DNA of 64,000 bases from the human T2T-CHM13v2.0 reference genome, Homo sapiens. Shown piece after piece: positions 54,774 through 64,000 of this stretch. The notes beneath the pieces were generated by a model. That model did no database searches. It was not told the origin of the DNA and saw only the letters and a list, made by a program, of their open reading frames with translations. Every line of letters begins with the position of its first letter. Position 1 is the first letter of the stretch. A program made the position numbers and the translations under genes. The DNA lies in the NCBI RefSeq assembly GCF_009914755.1, contig NC_060935.1; one strand, given 5' to 3'.

Positions 54774-57031
54774 GTAGGTGCTTGTGTTGAGGAGCCACAG
54801 CACATCGGCAACTCTTAGAAGCACACTCTGCAGCCATTCCTGGGGAGCATTTTCCAGCATTTGCACCAAGTGTTATTGTTGCCTTTATTCCTCCCCTCCA
54901 TCACTGTTTTTAATTATGCCCTATTCTTAGCAGTGACTATTGTGTATCCATTGAGAAGTTAACAAAACTACTAGGATGTGGCTTCTTGTGAAGCCTTGAA
55001 AGCTACTTTTTATAACATTTGAAAAATGTTTAATTACACATTACTAACTAATATGCTTTATATGTTTAAAAACTTTTTATTAAAATAAATATGGATTAAC
55101 ATTTTAATTGTACTTTTAAGACTATACAGTATAAATGACAATCCAAATGAAGATACTATATATCAGATGACATCATAAAGCACTCTGCTGTCTTTGAGCT
55201 CATTTTAGGCTGGGTTTCATGATTATCTTCATGATAAACTATTCCTTGTGATTGGTATAAATGATATTTTAGGAATGCACATTACCTAAGCAATTTTAAA
55301 AGTCATTTCTTTTATGCTTTTTAGAAAATAGCTTTTTAAAACAGTGACAAGCTGTTATGAGAAAGAAAGAGGGAAATGTAGGTCAGGTTTGTCACACATG
55401 GACTGCAGTTACAGGAAGTGATAGGCTGTCTTTCAGCACTGGCCTAGGGACAGGAGTCCCTCAGCCTTGTGTTTGAACCTTCAATATGCACCCCACATGC
55501 TAATGGGAGGAGTCAATAATCAGTTACAGCCTGTGGGGAAAACACTCAGTCGCTCTCTCCAATAGCATATCAGGCTCAGCATTGACTGGGATGTGTTGAT
55601 AAAAGCTGTCTCGTAGTCGCTTATTGAATCCCCTCCCATGCCCTACAATGGCACACCATCAGACCTCACAAAATGATTCTGAGGCTTTGTTAGTACTAAG
55701 GTTATGAAAATTTGATTTGAGAAGCAAGCCTTTATTTTTAAAACACAGCATTATAAGATGAAGCCAGTGACATTTGCAAGACATCCCTATTTATTTTCAG
55801 AGGGATTTCTACCAAGAAAATTAAGGTTTCTTATAGGCTGTGTGATACTTCTGTGTGGAAAGACTTGAACTGTTTATGTACTGGAGTATTTGTTTATAAG
55901 AGTGACTTATTTATAGTACTAATCAGCTCAAAGGCTTTACTACTTTTTAAAAGACTGATGAGCTTATTTTTTTCTTAAATATTAAGAACCTGATGGGTGT
56001 ACCTTTGCTTTTCAAAGCAAAGGTTAATTTTCAAAAATGGCTTGAATATTGGGTTCTGCTTTTGCTGGGTGCATAATGAGCATCTGTCTAATGTATTTAT
56101 TTTTTAAACATGTTTGTACTTTTTGCAAAAGAATGTAGAAGTGGCTTCGTTTGATGATAAGTTCTACCCGTTGGTGTATCTTTTTAACCTTGGTTCACAT
56201 GATTTCTATGAAAGAATTGAAACTAATGCACATGAATGTGTTGTGTGTTAGAAGAAATCTACATTCCTAAAGCCACTACGCTCTACTGAAGATGATGATT
56301 CTTTCAGGTGTTTTTGCACATCTTTACTAGTCTCTACTATATAGGATGCCAGTTTGCTTGAGATAAAAATAATTCACACGACATTGTACCCTAAAGAGTA
56401 TAGGGTATATACTTTCAATGTTGCTCTACATTTTTGCCACTCCACAGCCTGTGTACTATTAAGAACATATTAGTGAAGTTGACTAGAAGCCTGCTCTCTA
56501 AAGAGGTAGGGAGGGATCAGGAATCATAAAAATATTTTCTCAAGAAGCTACAGGGTGGGGTAGGCCAGAAACCAAAAGAAATAGGAAACCAGGTTAAAAG
56601 TTAGCAGAGAATTGCATGAAGAAAGATTTGAGAGATGTCAGAAGACAAATAATCATCATATTCATGCCTTTTTCATTGTCTTCGAAAGGTCCTTGGAACT
56701 GCGGATTTCTTTTGAGCTTTGAGTCCTACTTTTAAGATCTTAATGGAAGCACCTGTGGCCTACTGTGTCACAGGGTACTCCTGTAGGTCATAGATGAAGT
56801 CACAATGAAGTTTAGACAAAGTAAATACTGTGAGAGTTGGACCTGATTCATGATTCAGATAAATAGTTTGGAATTTATACAATATCAGTTTGCTCTGCAA
56901 GTTTTTCAGGCAGCATATTACTGAATTTAGCTGTTCTAGAAGGACAGCTTTTCATGACACTTTAGTACCTCAGATTTAAGTACTAAGTATTGCCTCTTTT
57001 ACCAGAGGCTCCAAATACTGACACTACTTTG

Positions 57032-57069
57032 TTTCAATTTTAAATGGAGATTGACATACTGTTTAGGTA
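57032..57069 (+). repeat. 38-bp dispersed direct repeat, copy 1
   Basis: TTTCAATTTTAAATGGAGATTGACATACTGTTTAGGTA. Confidence 0.95.
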
Positions 57070-58059
57070 AGAAGAGTATCCAAATATAACTTGCTATTTT
57101 TAAGCCTTTCATACCAGAGCTATTTTTCAAAACTCTTACAATAAACCTACTTTCATATTGTTATTTCTTTTGAATACCGTTATTAATTTTTTCTTCTTGA
57201 CTCAGCTTCAGTAAAATGGCTCCTCAAAAAAAGGAAATGAACTTGAACATCTCTAAAAGTGAGGATTTAGGTTTGCTAGAAGGAAAACCTTTGAGAGTAA
57301 TAATTTGTTAAAGACCAGGATAGGTTACCGAGAGAGAGAGTTTGTTATAACCAGGTCAAAGCACTCTTTTTTTCTGGGTCACCCCCTGGGGACATGGAAA
57401 TAGCTTTGTTATACAGAACTCTTTTTACATGTGGTGATAATTCATTGTAAACCTTTCTTTTCATAGGGGTGTGCTTTAAATATGTTTGTTTCCTGCCCAC
57501 CATTAACTTGCAGTATAAAATAAAATTGAGCTCTCTAGTACTTGGGAAGGAGGTAGGAAATGCTTTATTGGCTGGTCTTGAATGCTTTCTCGTGTTTCAT
57601 AGCTCCATGTTGGTGCTCTGTCTTAAGGAAAGCCTCATCAATATTGCCCACAGCCATATATTTATCTAAAAGATAATTTAAAGGGACACTTGACGTCCAT
57701 ATTTCTTTGCTTCTCAAAAGAAATGATCATATGTGTTCTTTCCAATAAAGAAAAAGTAATACTCCAGGGCAGATAACCCAAAGTATTGCATGTATGTTTT
57801 TTTCTCCTTCATTCCTACTTCTATATGCTTAGTTGACATTTTAGAGCAATGTTGGCCAGGCTGAAGAAAAGTAAATTTAAGAAAAGAATGAGTAATAATT
57901 AGTTCCCAGAGATTATACATTTCGAAAGCAATGTTAACTCTGAATTTAATCAATTAGTTCTAGTTGGCATATTAAACTTATTGTTTCTGAGGATGCCTCC
58001 AAAGGCTGCTTCCAGTGTTCCCCTGAAAGGCATGTAGTTTTTCAAGATTAGGCTTTGCA

Positions 58060-58097
58060 TTTCAATTTTAAATGGAGATTGACCTACTGTTTAGGTA
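58060..58097 (+). repeat. 38-bp dispersed direct repeat, copy 2
   Basis: TTTCAATTTTAAATGGAGATTGACCTACTGTTTAGGTA, 37/38 identical to copy 1. Confidence 0.95.
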
Positions 58098-61000
58098 GCA
58101 CTTTGGAAAACCCTTTCAGGATTTATAAAATGTTCACATGAATAATACCTGTTGAGTAGATTTTGTTGCCTTTATAAATCTTGTGGGGAGTTGTCCTTAT
58201 ATATTAAGCACATTAAAAACACATCAGAAGTATATCATAGGAAAATAACAGTTGTCATGATTCAATAGCTTTGTAATGTGAAAGTCACAGATCTCTGATG
58301 TCTTAGTGGCTCTATACAGTGACACAGCTTATGAGTTAAGTACTTCTCTGTGATCTGAAGAGTAGCAAACCTTGAAATACATTTAATCAGATTAAATAAT
58401 GTTTAAAAGAATAGATTGTGTTTGGAATCCTTGCTGATACATTATTTTATATTAAGATATATCTTAGCTACTCTGTTAGTGAATTATTTTGGTAAGGTAG
58501 AACCTTCACTATACATAATTGGATACCCAAAACAGCGTGGCTCAGAGGAGGTTGGGCCAGATACTGTAAAGTGAGTGTGCCTTTGCTCAAAGCTAATCAG
58601 CTACTCTGCTTAGGTAGATACAAGAGGTCATTTCTGGTTTGTATTACACAATTTGCTCCATCCCTTTATTAGGATAAATATTTGGGAAGATAAGCAAATA
58701 AATGGAAGCAGATAAATGGAACGAAATATAAGCAAATCTTAAAACAAATGAGGAACATACCTTAAAACCCCACCAACAAGTATCAGATAAATCAACATGT
58801 AATTTCTTAAACTCAAAATAAGAATCCTTCCTGAAAAGAATGGTAATGTTATAGAAACTCCATAAGAGGGAAATATGTAGATAATATAAATTTTGGTTAA
58901 CTGTTAGGAATAATAACTTAAGGCCAGTAGATATTTGTGTAATTATGTCCTAAAGCTGACCCTTACAAAATACTTGAATTAGTGAGATTAGGGTCCATTT
59001 ATGGTCATAATATTTCCATTTGATTTTAGGAATTTCAAAATTAGTTGTAAAAATTTGCTTCAGGTAAAACTTGGAAGATAAGCATCGGGGGGTATGTTTT
59101 TTTTGGTGACCGTTTCTGAGAAAAGTAAGTATGTGAAATGATGCAGAAAATCCATCTTGACAGTTGGGGACTGGCTTTATCTTGAGTGGGAGAAGACAGT
59201 ATAGATAAAACTTTCTGTGCAGGTTCCCTCGCCCCAACTTACTTGTTGCAAGATGACTACTCACATTACTTGCTACTTTTACTTGAATGCAAATAACTGT
59301 GCAATGAAAATGTATTTTAGGATCATTTCTCATTGGTTTTGAGTAAAAATTTGGCTACCTTCAAATAATGCTATAGAGACCTATAGGCAAGATTACAGTT
59401 ATAATTCTGGGACACTTGAACAGACTTGGTAGTTCTGATTTAATAGTGGAGCAGTCTAAGATTTTAGGAAGTTTTTTTTTTCCAACTTTAACCACTCTCC
59501 CAACTTTCCACTTGGTTACTTGACCCAATTGAAATCAGTGGGTCCAAAATCAAGACTGACCGAGTCAGCTTTCTTATTTTTTCCTCAACCTTGGTTTCAT
59601 ATTACACTCTGCTTACTTCTACTTTGCTCCATTTACAGTCAATGAATCAGAAATGCCAGTTGACATTTGTTCTTTTTTAATGTTGTTTCCCCTGTGTGAG
59701 CTTTTATTCTCACAACTACCACAGTAGTCCATCCCCAGATTATAAAACATACCCAGATTATTTCCATAGCCACTAATTGGCCTTCCATTCTCTATTGCTG
59801 CCTTCTCTCACAGTACTTTACATTTTGATTGATCTAGCAGCTTTCTTTATTCTCATGCCTCTATTTAAGAACATTTATAACTCTATACCCTCCCAAAATA
59901 ACACCTACCCATTCACCTGGAATTTAAATGGGACAGAAGCTTTTAAGCTTGTCCCTGCTACTTTTTCCGACTTATTACCTATTTCAAACCTAATGTGAAT
60001 TTTATCCCCTGGCCCATTTAGAGGCTCCCAGACACACGTCTGTTTATACTGCTTGTTATTAATCAGAACCATCCTCCTGTTCTGATTCTTATTCTTTGTT
60101 CAAGGTTCAACTTAGGTCCTTCCATCTCCCCTACTCCCAACTTCCCACCACCCACCAGAGCCTTCTGGTATTCTAATCCATCTAATTTGTGCTCTCTGAA
60201 CTAAAGACACAGAATTGTAGGTCCGTTTTATTGGGACCTACAATAGCAGAGTACTTCAGACTTCAGCACTTATAAATCCAAAGTCAAGAGTTGCTGCCTT
60301 CCTACACTGTGGTACTTGAGGTATTTTTCTCCTACTAATAATGGATTGGTTTTTAGTCATTTTCTTATGGTCTGGTATAGATAGCTCAACACAAACAGTG
60401 AGAGATAACAGCAGTTTAAAAATAACTGTGATTTTTATTAAGCACTAGAACTGTGGTAGTTCTTTTAAACATTGTTTAACAACCTTGTGAGGAAGATATT
60501 AATACCTGTTTTTCAGAGAATATCTGTTTTTCAGGTTTACTAATTTGACTAAGGTCACATAAAGTAGTTGATCGGGGGGGAATTCAAAGCCATTTTTTCT
60601 CAATCACTATTTTGTATGAGTTGTGTACAATCTACTATTTGTAGTTCCAGATAGTCACGTACGAGGGATATTTGAGGGTCAGAACAAGATACCAGGCCTA
60701 CTTCTGCTGCTGTTTTACCTGTTTTATAGTGAAGCAGAAGGAAATCAGTTTGTGGGTTTCATTTGGTACCTTCAGTGAGCACTGGGTTTACCTACAGTTT
60801 ATAAAAGCTCCACAGTTATTCAAGTTCATAATCAGGTTCCAAGTTTGTAGTTTTTCTTCAGTGTGGAAAGCCTTGTAATAATCACTCTTCAGTTTCATCT
60901 GGGAAAGGATTATAGGGTTTATGACTTAAAGAACAGGCTTCCAATTAAATGTTGCCTATTTCTCAATCTCTTATCAAGGTAGAGAATTTTTCAAGAGCAG

Positions 61001-63021
61001 AGGCATGTTAAAGACAAGGAAACTGATTATGTTCAAGTTACTTCCCACATAAAAAATGTAATTATGTATAGTGAAGTGTTAAGAATGAGGTGATGGTTTA
61101 AAATTAAATTACTTGGTTTTAAGAGAGCAAGATACTGAATTAGACCTAAAGGAAAAACTGTTGTTTATTTTTAACTTACACACCAGTGTCTTTAAGTTTG
61201 AAATAAACTTTAAACATTTGAAATGACATAAACAAACACAGTGGACTAATTGCTAAATGAGAGCATCGTGGGGATGTGATGATCATGTGAATAACATGGC
61301 ATTGCCGCACATGAATATTATGGACAGAGCTGCAGGTGGACTTGATCTTTTGGCCAGATGGGGTTGAATGAGACTTCAAAATATCTTGGCCATAATGAAT
61401 AAAGTTAAATTCTTCTCCCCTGTAGCTTTTTGTTGCTGTTATTTATTTTTTATTTTTACTTTATTTTTTAAATTGTAACTACAGATAGAAAAGGTTTCCT
61501 GGGATTAGGATATGTAATTATTTAGGCATGAAACAAAGAGTTGTTTTAGAAATTTTACTATCATTAGGAGGAAGCTTAAAAAGACAGGAATTCCATTGTC
61601 TTGTAAGAAGTAAGAAATATTTATTGATTCCCAAATGGAGCTGAAAAAAAACCTTTCCTCTTTTAGAAAGTTGTGAATGACCCAGCGAGAGCTCTAGTAA
61701 GCTTTACTGAACCAAGCTGCTAATAGTTATTTAATGTTATTCTTCAGTGTGAAAGAATCTCCGTAGATTTTCCTTTTAATCTCTTTGAATTGCAGGCTCA
61801 TAAACCTCTCTGATGAGTCCTGCCAGTGTTTTCTTAGATCCCACTGTTGAGACAATGGAGCCACAGAATTCTTTCACCTCTTGTTGTCAGACAAATCCAA
61901 TAGAACACAAGGTCAGAAGGGCCTATACTTCTAAAGGTTGAAAGATTCTTTTTCAAGTAAGCACATACATTATTTGATTTTAACATTATATTTCTCAAGA
62001 ACCTCTCTTTATAATGTACTGACTTCTTTATGTAAATAGATTTGGAAGTTTTTCTTGTTTCCATATTTGGCTAAGCTTGTAAGCACAGCACAGGGTATGA
62101 ACAGACCTTAATGTTCCTAGATACCTCAGAAAAAGTTGAACCCATTTACTTCAAAAGAATCAGGAATCTTTTAGTATCATTGGACTCATTATAAGAGTAT
62201 ACCATATGCCAGACAATGCTTTTTATTTCCGAATGGCCGTATTTTGTTTCAAAATGCTTACTACCATTCTATGTCAAAAATTCCAGATTTAATATCTTGG
62301 ATCTGTTCATTTAATTAAATCACTCTCTAAATCAGTTTATGTTTTCTCAACCCTTTTAGTAGTGTCATGTTAACAGGGGAACTTTAGGAGATAGGATTTA
62401 CTTTTCTAGATACCTATTAAAATGTTTTATTACAAGAGAAAAATATGCAATACTACAAAAGAAAACTAACTTATCTGTTTTGAAAATGCCATGCCTGATT
62501 AGTAGACAATTATTAAAGCTAATTACAGGGTTCCTGTAAGTTACTTTAGAGGATGGGGAAGAATTAAGTTTTTTAATTATAACCACAATGGTGGACAAGC
62601 AGAGATCATTGTTTAAAAAGAAAAAAAAACACATTGATTTGTTTGTGCTCCTTCTTTGTAATTGTAGTGGGGTTTGAGGAGAGGGAATTTGCTGTTGCCC
62701 CATCCTTGGACACCTGCCTCTCAACAAAGGATCTTGGTCACCCCCCACTGCCCACATTTAGATTCACCTTTTACTTGTGTGTACCACGTCTGCTCATTAT
62801 ACAGTTCTCCAGGGATCCAATTTTCCCAAGTTAATCACCCCTAGCCTTTTTCAGAAATTGTTAGATTACCATCCTTTCAAAGAATATACACTTTCTTGAA
62901 TTTCTTCTTTCTCCTTTTATTTTCTTATTTCTATTTAAAAATGTAGCCACTTAAGAGTCTCAACACACTACCTTTAAAACTTTAAAAATTTTAATCCATA
63001 CAGAGAAGTGCATAAATCTAA

Positions 63022-63384
<363 letters not shown>

Positions 63385-64000
63385 TGGAAAGCCTCTTATG
63401 ACTTCTTCCAGTTACCACTAACTCCTCATTTCCCCCACCATCATAGGGTAGTTTTGCCAGTTAACATTTTGTGTAACGGGTAATCATACAGTGTGTTATA
63501 TTTTTTTGTCAGATACTGGTTTTTTGAAACCAGAATCCCTACAGGAACCTGGACTGTTTGTGCCCATGGTACTGAATAATCAGGTCAACATACAGATGTT
63601 TAGACAGCCACAGAATATGAAAATGTTTTAATATAATCCTTGTAACTCTGACCTTGGGCAAGGTACTAACCATTTTTGTGTATTCTCTTTTCATATTTAC
63701 CATGAGATATGGTCTAACTAAGCTAATTTTTCAACCAAGAAATAGGTGGCTACTCTAAAGTTCCTCTGCATAGGGATGAAGAAAAGATAGTAATAAAACT
63801 GAAAAAGCCACTTTTTTGAGTAAGTAGAATAATAGAAAGGGTTGCACATGAAATAGTAACTATGTGAGAAGAACAATAGCTTCCCAGTAGATTGGCAGTT
63901 GTATTTGCAAGTCAGTTCTAATTTATTATTTTTAAATAAAAAATGGCATCATGGATATATATGAATGGGTTGTCTTTTTGTACAATTAGTATATTACAGG

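Noticed and set aside
61751-61820. Hammerhead-ribozyme-like cores (GAAA-stem-UC ... CUGAUGAG)
   Set aside because: Stem III can be drawn (GAATCT/AGATTT), but stems I and II do not pair.

Overview
This is primate (very likely human, 11p13) genomic DNA: AT-rich and dominated by interspersed repeats. The only protein-coding sequence I can support is the 5' part of DNAJC24 (DPH4, J-domain diphthamide biosynthesis protein) on the + strand. It has a non-coding exon 1 ending at 9749, exon 2 at 10553-10696 (CDS from 10586), a 43.9-kb intron, and exon 3 at 54635-54773, which opens with the Y-HPD motif. Later exons lie beyond the window. A CpG island at about 9.4-10.0 kb is a bidirectional promoter shared with a minus-strand gene, by prior knowledge DCDC1, whose non-coding first exon ends at a strong donor at 9534. 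The rest is Alu, L1 (a full-span L1MA with TSDs and a twin-primed inverted L1PA), ERV1/MaLR solo LTRs, Tigger/hAT MITEs, MIR and L2. Almost all ORFs in the supplied track are repeat-derived. I found no clear novel multi-gene system. The best leads are: an RFX X-box and an inverted ETS pair in the promoter; a dense set of upstream AUGs on both transcripts; several stop-containing cryptic exons that would truncate DNAJC24; an unexplained 38-bp dispersed duplication; and candidate enhancers and a CTCF site in the PAX6-downstream neighbourhood. Repeat subfamily names come from recalled consensus sequences, and repeat boundaries without TSDs are approximate.
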